DNA of 64,000 bases from an uncultured beta proteobacterium (GCA_903859155.1 CAIOLO010000080.1:64210-128209), one strand, 5' to 3'. Positions 38,737 through 46,957 are shown, counted from the stretch's first letter. Notes: generated by a model from the letters alone, not told the origin. Numbers and translations: made by a program.

Positions 38737-40184
38737 CCGGCCCTCCTGATCGAGCGCAGCAACTGTCCGGAGCGCCGGATTGTGATTTCCATCGGCATCT
38801 CACCCAATGCATGAGTGGCGCAGGACAGGCAGGGATCGTAGCAGCGGATGCTGAACTCGACGGCATTGAGCAGGGCGTCGTCGCTTGATTTGCCGACGAC
38901 ATGCGACACGGCGGCCTGCTCGATCGAACGGTTGATGAGTGCATAGTTCTGCTGTGTTGCGACGATCAGATTGGCAGCCCTGACTATGCCCTGATCATCG
39001 ATCTCATAGTCGTGAATCAAAGTTCCCCGCGGCGCCTCGACATGCCCGACGCCGCGTCCGCCTGCATACTTCACCGGTACCCGCGTCTGGCCGAAAACCG
39101 CCTTGTCCCGCATGATTTCGGCGCCGCGCTCCAGTGCCCAGATGGTTTCCATTAATTTGGCGTATGCCTGAAATACCGTTACATGGCACGGTGTACCGGC
39201 TACCGACTTAAAGGTTTCATATTCGCGATCGGCCCATTCGGTTCCGTATTGCCCGGCGACATTTATGCGCGCAAGCGGTCCGACGCGATAGTCGTGCAGT
39301 GCCGCGTCGGCATCGAGACTCTCGCGGATGCGGACCGGCTTCATATACGACCAGTCCAGCACCGATTCCGACATGTATTTGTCGTAATCCCCGGTAGGGA
39401 ACTTGAGGCGGTGCTTGCCACTCTGGTCAATGACCGCAATGCTGCCCTCGATCATCGACAGCTTGCCGTTCTTGAGCGTGCCGGCACCCCAGGTTGGAAC
39501 AACCCATTCGGTGAGCATCGAGGGGTGCTTTTCGGCGGTAGCCATCAACAGTTGTTTGATTACCGGAGCAAGGTCCCCCATCAAAACCAGCCCCTCGGAA
39601 ATCCACTTGGTCAACTGCGCCGCATGGGCTTCATCGAGCACAAAAGTGATACCTCCTGCAACGGAAGTGACCGGATGCGTACCTCGGCCTCCGACGAGTT
39701 CGTTGATCTTCTGGCCTATCGATCTGATCCGCAGTGCTTTTTTGGCGACCTCCGGGTTGGCTTTGACAATTCCGACAATATTTCGGATTGCGGGATCGGC
39801 ATCCAGCCCGAGCACCAGATCCGGCCCCTGCAGTACGAACAGCGACAGGCTGTGAGAATGAATCAGGTGCCCCATGTACATCAGCTCCCGCAGCAGCATC
39901 GCAGCCGGCGGAGCCTGGACGCCGGCCGCCGAATCCAGCGCATTGGAGGCGGCGAGGTGATGGGCGGTAGGACATACGCCGCAAATACGGGCGGTAATGT
40001 GCGGCATGCGGTCGGCTTCCATGCCGACCAGTATTTTTTCAAATCCGCGGAGCTCGTTGACGATCAGGCCGGCCGACTTCAGCACACCGTCATCGTCAAG
40101 GTCGATGAACACCTTGGCGTGACCTTCAATCCGGGTTACCGGATCGATCTTGATGGTTCTGGTTGTTGCGCTATTGGGTGTCAT
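38733..40184 (-). CDS. [NiFe]-hydrogenase large subunit, cytoplasmic group-3-like
   Basis: 483 aa. N-terminal RIEGH. L1 motif RICGVCPTAHH. L2 motif DPCLSCATH followed by a 25-aa C-terminal extension (ALGEMPMEITIRRSGQLLRSIRRAG). Confidence 0.9.
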   Translation of the reverse strand: MTPNSATTRTIKIDPVTRIEGHAKVFIDLDDDGVLKSAGLIVNELRGFEKILVGMEADRMPHITARICGVCPTAHHLAASNALDSAAGVQAPPAAMLLRELMYMGHLIHSHSLSLFVLQGPDLVLGLDADPAIRNIVGIVKANPEVAKKALRIRSIGQKINELVGGRGTHPVTSVAGGITFVLDEAHAAQLTKWISEGLVLMGDLAPVIKQLLMATAEKHPSMLTEWVVPTWGAGTLKNGKLSMIEGSIAVIDQSGKHRLKFPTGDYDKYMSESVLDWSYMKPVRIRESLDADAALHDYRVGPLARINVAGQYGTEWADREYETFKSVAGTPCHVTVFQAYAKLMETIWALERGAEIMRDKAVFGQTRVPVKYAGGRGVGHVEAPRGTLIHDYEIDDQGIVRAANLIVATQQNYALINRSIEQAAVSHVVGKSSDDALLNAVEFSIRCYDPCLSCATHALGEMPMEITIRRSGQLLRSIRRAG

Positions 40185-41130
40185 ATTTTGCGCCCTGATA
40201 ATCCTGGTCCGCCTCTGCGATCCATCTCCTTATGAGAAACGTAGGCTTCTCGCCTATCATTTGCGTTGCCATGGTGTAGGAATAGTGGGACTTGGAGGTG
40301 CGTTCGATCTCCTTGACAATGGCGTCACGGGGAATTTTCGTCAGTTTGGACATGCGCTCTGCGATCTCGGTCCTGATATCGCGGTTCGGCTCGGTCAGCA
40401 CCTGCATGGTTGCGCCGGCACATCCGGTGCACGGAATCCCGTTTTGTGGACAGGGGGACAGGCACCTGTCGATAGTCGCCGATCCCATGCACAGATACCC
40501 CTGGCTGAGGAAACATTGGTCGGCATTGGCGATGCCGTCCGAATTTGAGCGGATGGCGTCCACATCCGTTTTTCGCATCTGGCGGGTGCAATGGCCGCAG
40601 ACAGACTCCTGCGTTGCCTTTGGCGTTCTCCCCTCCACCAGGGCCAGCAATGCATCAAACACGAAAGCCGGATGCGGCGGACATCCTGGAAGATAGAGAT
40701 CCACATCGATCGCCTTGTCGAGCGGGGAAACCGTCGATTCCAGCGGCGACACTTCGCAGCTGGGCGGCTGGGCTGAGACCGTCGTCTTGTTGTTGAGGTA
40801 GACCGCGTCCGCGATCTCTTCCCGGGTATGCACGTTGCCGGCACCTGCAGGGCCGCCGAACACGGCGCAGGAACCCCAGGCGATAACCAGATCGCAGCTT
40901 TTTCTCATCTCCATGGCTGCGTGCCTGTCATGCTCGTTCCTGATTGCGCCGGATACGAGACCGACCGTCGCATGCGGATAGTCCTTGATATCGGTCAGCA
41001 CCGGGCAGCGCTGTATGGTCACCGAATCCAGGACCGCCAGTATCTTCTCGTGCAGATCGACGATGGCAATATGGCAACCGGAGCAATCGCTCAACCATTC
41101 CGTGTTCACAGTTACGGGCACGGCGCTCAC
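40171..41130 (-). CDS. [NiFe]-hydrogenase small subunit, three-cluster type, no Tat signal
   Basis: 319 aa with a GTG start (GGGAGG upstream). Proximal-cluster cysteines DCSGC...GSCAVFGG...LPGCPP. Medial and distal cysteines CGHC...CFLSQGYLCMG...CLSPCPQNGIPCTGC as in FrhG/MvhG-like subunits. About 70-aa hydrophilic C-terminal tail. Confidence 0.85.
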   Translation of the reverse strand: MSAVPVTVNTEWLSDCSGCHIAIVDLHEKILAVLDSVTIQRCPVLTDIKDYPHATVGLVSGAIRNEHDRHAAMEMRKSCDLVIAWGSCAVFGGPAGAGNVHTREEIADAVYLNNKTTVSAQPPSCEVSPLESTVSPLDKAIDVDLYLPGCPPHPAFVFDALLALVEGRTPKATQESVCGHCTRQMRKTDVDAIRSNSDGIANADQCFLSQGYLCMGSATIDRCLSPCPQNGIPCTGCAGATMQVLTEPNRDIRTEIAERMSKLTKIPRDAIVKEIERTSKSHYSYTMATQMIGEKPTFLIRRWIAEADQDYQGAKYDTQ

Positions 41131-41663
41131 GCAGCCTCCCGGTTCCTGACGATGAGGCGCTTGTAGCAGGCGTTTTCCCCGCTGTGCATGATCTCCAGAG
41201 TCGATTCACGGCCCATGACGTTCTGCAGCGCGCCGGCAAAAAAGCCGAACATCATGTTGCACAGCGAGCCTTTCTGGGCGTGTCCAAAGCGGAAAAGGGA
41301 CTGCCGTATCATGCAGTCACGGAACACCAGCATCACCTCGCTGCCGCCGTCCACCTTCTGCACCAGATCGGGACGATCATGCGGCTTGAATGTTTCGAAC
41401 ATCCAGAGATAATTGTTTTCCAGCAATACGTTGCGTGTCGCGGCCAGTGCCTCTTCAATGTCATCGGTTTTATCGACGCCGTCGGAGAGCTTTTTCCCAA
41501 GGTTCTTGCCGGCAAGATAGGAAATGCTGTTGGCGGATTCGCCTACCGCCTGTTCCATGCCGCTGGAAATGGCGCCAAGAAAAATCATCGCCTGCTGCAG
41601 TTTTGCCCGCCGGTCGGCGAGGGGCGTTGTCGGCGCCGTGGACCGGGAATCCTCATGTGCCAA
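41127..41663 (-). CDS. V4R-domain protein (first gene of the operon)
   Basis: 178-aa ORF with a TTG start (start uncertain; in-frame ATG at 41588). VFRDCMIRQSLFRFGHAQKGSLCNMMFGFFAGAL...GENACYKRLIV fits the V4R pattern. Its stop overlaps the small-subunit GTG (GTGA). Confidence 0.7.
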   Translation of the reverse strand: MAHEDSRSTAPTTPLADRRAKLQQAMIFLGAISSGMEQAVGESANSISYLAGKNLGKKLSDGVDKTDDIEEALAATRNVLLENNYLWMFETFKPHDRPDLVQKVDGGSEVMLVFRDCMIRQSLFRFGHAQKGSLCNMMFGFFAGALQNVMGRESTLEIMHSGENACYKRLIVRNREAA

Positions 41664-42121
41664 GATTCGTCGCCTTCTCTGTGGGGTGCGCCTGTACTAG
41701 TAGATTCTTTAACCTTGAGACTGAAACGCAGGCCAAAGATAATGTGCCCAAATTTGCCGTCTTTATAAGTCGCGAGTAAGGGGGGTATTTCAGTGCTATT
41801 CGCCGCTTTGTTTCGTGGCGGGCGGGAACCAGACTGGCCTGGCGCCAGTAACACCATGCGGAACCGCCTCAAACCGGGATTTGAACAGAGGCGCTTTTGC
41901 TGCGCCATAAGGTAATACGGGGAAAAGGTTCAGCGACAGGCCCGGCGGGAAGTAATATCGCCCAATGTGATACAAGATCCTTACGATGCTCTGGCGCGGG
42001 TGCAAACAATGGGGCGATTGCACAATCGGAAAGGCATTTTGACGGCATCCTTGATGGCATCGGAACGCATGGCGTCTTTTGTCATCAATTAAGATCGGGT
42101 TTGATTGCACAGAATGACGTT

Positions 42122-42718
42122 GTGACTGACGCGCCGCGAAAACCTTTCGCAGGAATCTTCCTGTTGCTGATTACGGCGGTGCTTTTGCTGTCGTCCGGCG
42201 CGCAGGCAGACAGTCCTGTGCCGCCCGAAATCAATATTCGTGTGGATGTTGCCGGCGAATCAGTAATCGTCGATGTCGAATTTTTTGTGCGCGCCACTGC
42301 GGAAGAAGCCTGGGCTGTCATGGTCGATTTTGACAATGCCACCCGATTCATCGCCAAACTGCATGAGAGCCGGATCCTGAAACGAACGCCGGATACTCTG
42401 CTGGTTGCGCAAAAGGGCACCATGGGGCTGGGCCCGTTCTCGGTGCCCCTGGACTCGGTAAGCGAGATCCGGCTCCGGCCATTCGAAAAAATCCAGTCCC
42501 GAATGATCTCCGGCAACATGAAGAAATACGATTCGGATGCCGAACTGCATCGCGAGCCGGAAGGTACGCGCGTGAAGTACCGGGTCGAATCGATTCCGGA
42601 TGTCTGGATTCCGCCCCTGATCGGGCCGGCGATGATTGAACTTGAGACACGCTCCCGATTCCGTCAACTCACAGAGGAAATTCTCCGGCGCAAGGCGCGT
42701 CCTGAACCAGCCAGGTAA
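42122..42718 (+). CDS. secreted SRPBCC (START/polyketide-cyclase-like) protein
   Basis: No in-frame ATG in a sensible position. The GTG at 42122 gives VTDAPRKPFAGIFLLLITAVLLLSSGAQA, a signal peptide. The body (VIVDVEFFVRATAEEAWAVMVDFDNATRFI...) looks SRPBCC-like. Start uncertain. Confidence 0.6.
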   Translation: MTDAPRKPFAGIFLLLITAVLLLSSGAQADSPVPPEINIRVDVAGESVIVDVEFFVRATAEEAWAVMVDFDNATRFIAKLHESRILKRTPDTLLVAQKGTMGLGPFSVPLDSVSEIRLRPFEKIQSRMISGNMKKYDSDAELHREPEGTRVKYRVESIPDVWIPPLIGPAMIELETRSRFRQLTEEILRRKARPEPAR

Positions 42719-42749
42719 AGCTCGCCTTTTTTAATGAGAAAATGACGAC

Positions 42750-43997
42750 ATGAAAATGACTCGCGCCACCGCCGCCGACATCGAATCACCGTACGCCTGG
42801 GCGCGGCTCGTGGTCGCGCTGGCGCTTATGACGATCGGTGCCTCGGGCATGTACGTGTTTACCGTGGTGCTGCCCGCGGTGCAGGCCGATTTTGCGGTGG
42901 GGCGTTCGGAGGCGTCGCTTCCCTACACGCTGACGATGATCGGTTTCGGGCTGGGCGGGGTGTTGATGGGGCGCCTCTCCGATCGCTTCGGGGTGATGTT
43001 TCCGGTGATCCTCGGCGCCTTTGGCCTGGGGGCGGGCTACGTTGCCGCCGGCATGTCGCAGAGCATTCTCCAGTTCAGCCTGGCGCAGGGGATCCTCATC
43101 GGCATGCTGGGCACCTCGGCCACTTTTGCGCCGCTGGTGGCCGATACCACGCTTTGGTTCAAGGGCCGGCGCGGCATCGCGGTGGCCATCTGCATCAGCG
43201 GCAACTACCTCGGCGGCGCGCTGTGGCCGCCGCTGGTGCAATACTTCGTCGACAGTGTCGGCTGGCGCCAGACCTATATCAATACCGGCCTGATCTGCAT
43301 CGCGACGATGCTGCCGCTGGCGCTGTTCCTGCGCCGGCGCCCGCCGGTGCCGGATGCGCCTTCCGCTGCCGCGGCTGGCGCCATGCACGGCGCGGAACGG
43401 CCATTGGGTTTCTCGCCGGGCGTATTGCAGGCGCTGCTGTGCATTGCCGGGGTCGCCTGCTGTGTCGCCATGTCGATGCCGCAGGTGCATATCGTCGCCT
43501 ATTGCAGCGACCTCGGCTACGGCGCCGCGCGCGGCGCGGAGATGCTCTCGGCAATGCTCGCCTTCGGCATCGCCAGCCGGCTGCTCTCGGGCTGGATTTC
43601 CGATTTCATCGGCGGGCTGCGCACGCTGCTGCTCGGTTCGATACTGCAGGGCATCGCCCTTCTCCTGTTCCTGCCGTACGACGGCTATGTGTCGCTGTTC
43701 GTGGTGTCGGCGCTGTTCGGTTTTTTCCAGGGCGGCCTGGTGCCCTCCTACACGCTGATCGTGCGCGAGTACTTCACTCCCCGGGAAGCCGGCGCGCGCG
43801 TCGGCACGGTGATGATGGCGACGCTCTTCGGCATGGCCCTGGGCGGCTGGATGTCGGGCGCCATCTTTGATTTCACCGGCTCATATCGTGCCGCGTTTCT
43901 CAATGGCATCGCCTGGAACCTGCTCAACATCAGCATTGTGCTGCTGTTGCTGTACCGGGCTCGCCGGCCGACCGTACCGGCCTTGCTGGCCGCGTAA
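42750..43997 (+). CDS. MFS transporter (oxalate/formate antiporter-like)
   Basis: 415 aa with about 12 hydrophobic segments. GRLSDRFG loop motif between TM2 and TM3. Confidence 0.85.
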   Translation: MKMTRATAADIESPYAWARLVVALALMTIGASGMYVFTVVLPAVQADFAVGRSEASLPYTLTMIGFGLGGVLMGRLSDRFGVMFPVILGAFGLGAGYVAAGMSQSILQFSLAQGILIGMLGTSATFAPLVADTTLWFKGRRGIAVAICISGNYLGGALWPPLVQYFVDSVGWRQTYINTGLICIATMLPLALFLRRRPPVPDAPSAAAAGAMHGAERPLGFSPGVLQALLCIAGVACCVAMSMPQVHIVAYCSDLGYGAARGAEMLSAMLAFGIASRLLSGWISDFIGGLRTLLLGSILQGIALLLFLPYDGYVSLFVVSALFGFFQGGLVPSYTLIVREYFTPREAGARVGTVMMATLFGMALGGWMSGAIFDFTGSYRAAFLNGIAWNLLNISIVLLLLYRARRPTVPALLAA

Positions 43998-44137
43998 CGG
44001 CCGCTTTCGTGCCGCTTCCAGAACGGCAAACCCGGAGTCCCGGTAGAATGTTCCTCACCGCGGCGGGCGGTGCCGGTGCCATGAAACGGGAGGTTCATGC
44101 GGCGGATTCCAGGGCAATTCCTCAGGAGGAGCTTTAC

Positions 44138-45133
44138 ATGAGATGTCACATGTCGGTTTGCAATGCAGTGTTTGCTGTCGGTGCCGCAGCGGCGTTCGCG
44201 GTCGCCTCGTCCGCGGCCCTGGCGCAGGGGGCTTATCCGATCAAGCCGATTCGAGTGATCATTCCGCAGCCTGTCGGCGCCGGGATAGACATCATCATTC
44301 GCAAGGCTTCGGAGGACCTGCTGCCGCGCATGGGCGGACAGCCGCTCGTCGTCGAGAATCGCGCCGGCGGCGCCATGGTGATTGCGGCAGAGGCCTGTGC
44401 CAAGGCGGCGCCGGATGGTTATACCTTGTGCAGTCTGAGTCCGGATGCGGTGTCGATTGCACCGCATATCTTCAACAAGCTGCCCTACGATCCCGACAAG
44501 GACCTGCGCCCGGTGGTCCAGTTGTATTTCCTGCTCGAAGGACTGTTCGCAAAAACAGCGCTGCCCGTCAATAGTGTCAGGGAACTGGTGACCTACGAAC
44601 AGGCGCGTTCCGGGACGCTCAATTTCGGCACGCTCGGACCCGGGTCGAATTCCGACATGAACCGCCAGGACATCAACCAGCTCCTGAAAACCAACTTTGC
44701 CGGCATTCCGTACAAGGGCGGCAATCTGGTCATCAACGCGCTGGTGGCAGGGGAGATCGATGTGGGCAAGATCGGCGCCTATAACGCGATCGGTCCGCTC
44801 AAGGGTGGCAAGGTGAAACTGCTGGCCATCGCGGGATCCAAGCGCTCCCCGGTGATGCCGGATGTGCCGACCTTCGTCGAGGCCGGGATCTCCGATCCGG
44901 GTGCGCGCGCCTGGTGGGGCATTCTCGCACCGGGGGGCACGCCGGATCCGATCGTGCGGCGCCTGAACAGCGAGTTCGTGCAGCTGTTCCGCGATCCGAA
45001 GTTCGTGCCGTTCATCGATTCGCTGGTGGTCGAGATTGCCACCGGCACGCCCGAGGAGTTTGCCGCGTTCCTGCGGCAGGATCGCGAAGCGGCCGGCGTT
45101 CGGGTCAGGAAATACAACATTCCCAAGGAATAG
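44138..45133 (+). CDS. Bug-family (TctC-like) substrate-binding protein, orphan
   Basis: Trimmed to the ATG at 44138 (AGGAGGAG upstream). Signal peptide followed by LAQGAYPIKPIRVIIPQPVGAG. Confidence 0.9.
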   Translation: MRCHMSVCNAVFAVGAAAAFAVASSAALAQGAYPIKPIRVIIPQPVGAGIDIIIRKASEDLLPRMGGQPLVVENRAGGAMVIAAEACAKAAPDGYTLCSLSPDAVSIAPHIFNKLPYDPDKDLRPVVQLYFLLEGLFAKTALPVNSVRELVTYEQARSGTLNFGTLGPGSNSDMNRQDINQLLKTNFAGIPYKGGNLVINALVAGEIDVGKIGAYNAIGPLKGGKVKLLAIAGSKRSPVMPDVPTFVEAGISDPGARAWWGILAPGGTPDPIVRRLNSEFVQLFRDPKFVPFIDSLVVEIATGTPEEFAAFLRQDREAAGVRVRKYNIPKE

Positions 45134-45160
45134 CGCAAGCGCCGAAGCGGCCTTCCGGCC

Positions 45161-45194
45161 CGCGGAATAATCCGCGAAGAGGGATTATTCCGCG
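45161..45194. repeat. perfect 13-bp inverted repeat (stem-loop) between convergent genes
   Basis: CGCGGAATAATCC (45161-45173) and GGATTATTCCGCG (45182-45194), with an 8-nt loop. No flanking T-run. Confidence 0.5.
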
Positions 45195-45215
45195 CGGCGT
45201 TACCGCCTCGGGAGG

Positions 45216-45722
45216 CTAGTAAGGTCCGAGGAAATCGCGCTTGCCAACCTCCACGCCGTTGTGACGCAGGATGGCGTAGGCCGTGGTGACGTGAAAATAG
45301 ACGTTGCCGTAGACAAAGTTCTGCAGGTACGCCAGCCCTTTGAAATGCGTTTCGCCGGAGCGCATCTTCAGCGTGATGTCCTTTTCCTCGGTGCCGTCGA
45401 TCTGCTCGGACCGGAAGCCGTCAATGAAAGCGACGGTTTTCGCAATGCGCGCGGCGAGATCGGCGAAGGACTTCTCGGTGTCCTCGTACACCGGCGGTTC
45501 CTGACCGGCCAGGCGCGCCACGCCGCCCTTGGCCATGTCGGTGGCGATCTGGACCTGCTTGATGAGGTGGAACATGTCCGGAAACAGCCGCGCCTTGAGC
45601 AAGGCTTCGGGATCTATTTTCTTGTCCTCGCAGTGTTTGGCTGCCATGTCCAGGCAGGTGGCAAGATTGCCCAGCATGCGCGAGAGCAGCGGAACGGAGG
45701 CCTGGTACATCGAAATCGTCAT
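45216..45722 (-). CDS. DUF1993-family protein
   Basis: 168 aa. MYQASVPLLSRMLGNL...VYFHVTTAYAILRHNGVEVGKRDFLG matches the DUF1993 family as I recall it. Confidence 0.8.
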   Translation of the reverse strand: MTISMYQASVPLLSRMLGNLATCLDMAAKHCEDKKIDPEALLKARLFPDMFHLIKQVQIATDMAKGGVARLAGQEPPVYEDTEKSFADLAARIAKTVAFIDGFRSEQIDGTEEKDITLKMRSGETHFKGLAYLQNFVYGNVYFHVTTAYAILRHNGVEVGKRDFLGPY

Positions 45723-45752
45723 GGATGGATCTCCTGAAAACGGGGCGCAAGT

Positions 45753-46346
45753 CTAACGCAATGCCGCTTCGATTTCCGCGAAACTGCGCAAGACGGCTCC
45801 GGGTTGCAGCGTAATGCCCAGGCTGCGCGCGACCTGCGTGGCCGACAGGATGCCGCGCACGAAATCCACGCCGGCTGCATTTTCCACCACCAGCGCGTGC
45901 TGGCGGCCCAGTGCCTTGAGAGTCGCCACCACGTGCCCCACCTTGGCAGAGGCGATGGTCTTGTAATCGATGGCTTCGAGATGTTCCGCGGCGGTCATGA
46001 TGTCCGAGACCACCAGTTCGCGCCGCGGCACGCCGCGCTCGACGGCGAGCCGCAGGGGTTTCTCGCCAAGAATATCGGTGGCGGTGAGCAGTCCGACCAG
46101 ACGCTGATCGGTGTTGAGCACGAACAGCAGCCGGATGCCGCGCCGTATCATCGCCTCGTTGGCCTCTTCGATGCCGTGCCCGGGTTCGATGGTCGCCGCG
46201 GGAACCACCGTAAGATCGGTCATGATGCGCAGCGCGGGAGCCTCCATATCCAAGTGCTCCGCCGGGCCCTGCACCGGCTGGGAGAGGCGCGCACCATCCT
46301 TTAGCGCCGTCACTGACAAGGGGGAATATTCACGAGCCATGGCCAC
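45753..46346 (-). CDS. CBS-domain pair protein
   Basis: 197 aa with two CBS-like units (IRLLFVLNTDQRLVGLLTATDILG; HALVVENAAGVDFVRGILSATQV). Confidence 0.8.
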   Translation of the reverse strand: MAMAREYSPLSVTALKDGARLSQPVQGPAEHLDMEAPALRIMTDLTVVPAATIEPGHGIEEANEAMIRRGIRLLFVLNTDQRLVGLLTATDILGEKPLRLAVERGVPRRELVVSDIMTAAEHLEAIDYKTIASAKVGHVVATLKALGRQHALVVENAAGVDFVRGILSATQVARSLGITLQPGAVLRSFAEIEAALR

Positions 46347-46373
46347 CTCCGTGGGTTGTGGGTTGGAACCTCT

Positions 46374-46823
46374 CTAGACTTTGTCGCGCAGTCCCAGATT
46401 GCGCCGCAGCACCACGGGCTTGCCGCCGTACTGTTTCTTGCTCATCCAGTGAGCCAGCGCGGAATCCATGTAATCGGCATGCCCGGGAAACCAATCGGCC
46501 AGCGCGGTCGCCAGGGAGCGGCCCTGGGCGGCATCGCCCGCGGCGACAATCTGCTGCACCTCGCGCACCGATTTCATCACCGCGTTGTGTTCATCGACAT
46601 GGCATTGCATCGCCGGAAATGCGGTTGTCTCCATCCATTCGCGTTCCTGCGAGAAATGCGCCTCGGCATGCCTGGCGAAGGCCTCGAGGCGGGCGGCAAC
46701 CGCGGCGTCCTCGGCGCCAAGCAGTGCGCCCACGATTTCGACGAACTCGCGATGCGTGTCATCCATGGGCGCATAGCCCAGCAGATAGGCATCGGTCCAG
46801 GAAAAGTCCTCGGCGGAAGGCAT
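46374..46823 (-). CDS. hemerythrin-like metal-binding protein
   Basis: Trimmed to the ATG at 46823. FSWTDAYLLGYAPMDDTHREF...HAEAHFSQEREWM...CHVDEHNAV gives the His/Glu/Asp ligand pattern of bacteriohemerythrins. Confidence 0.75.
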   Translation of the reverse strand: MPSAEDFSWTDAYLLGYAPMDDTHREFVEIVGALLGAEDAAVAARLEAFARHAEAHFSQEREWMETTAFPAMQCHVDEHNAVMKSVREVQQIVAAGDAAQGRSLATALADWFPGHADYMDSALAHWMSKKQYGGKPVVLRRNLGLRDKV

Positions 46824-46957
46824 GGCGGGCAATCGATGGCTCTCAGGACCGAAAGCATACCATCGCAACGGCGGGAATCGATGGAGCCCCCACCCCAGAG
46901 CGGATTACAGCAAGAAGCGGGTGGCCGGCGGGTTTTCGGGGCTGGCACAATGGGGTC

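Larger units (their letters stand above)
29776..42730. mobile_element. putative degraded genomic island (integrase remnant plus secreted-protein genes, hydrogenase/MCP operon and an SRPBCC gene)
   Basis: Sequence after ribE is visibly more A+T-rich than the flanks (by eye, not computed). It starts with a truncated P4-type integrase N-terminus and contains a second gene remnant. High-G+C composition resumes at the MFS gene at 42750. No att repeats or tRNA were identified, so the boundaries are approximate. Confidence 0.5.

Noticed and set aside
41735-41770. Possible sigma-54 promoter for the hydrogenase operon (the minus strand reads TTGGGCACATTATCTTTGGCC).
   Set aside because: GGCAC is present, but the -12 position holds CTTT/TTTG rather than TTGC at the required N5 spacing. 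It does not meet the consensus. The operon promoter remains unidentified.
46358-46957. N-terminal 200 codons of the ORF 46358..47839.
   Set aside because: The stretch is a Pro/Arg-rich string antisense to the hemerythrin gene. The AraC/MGMT homology begins at the ATG at 46958.
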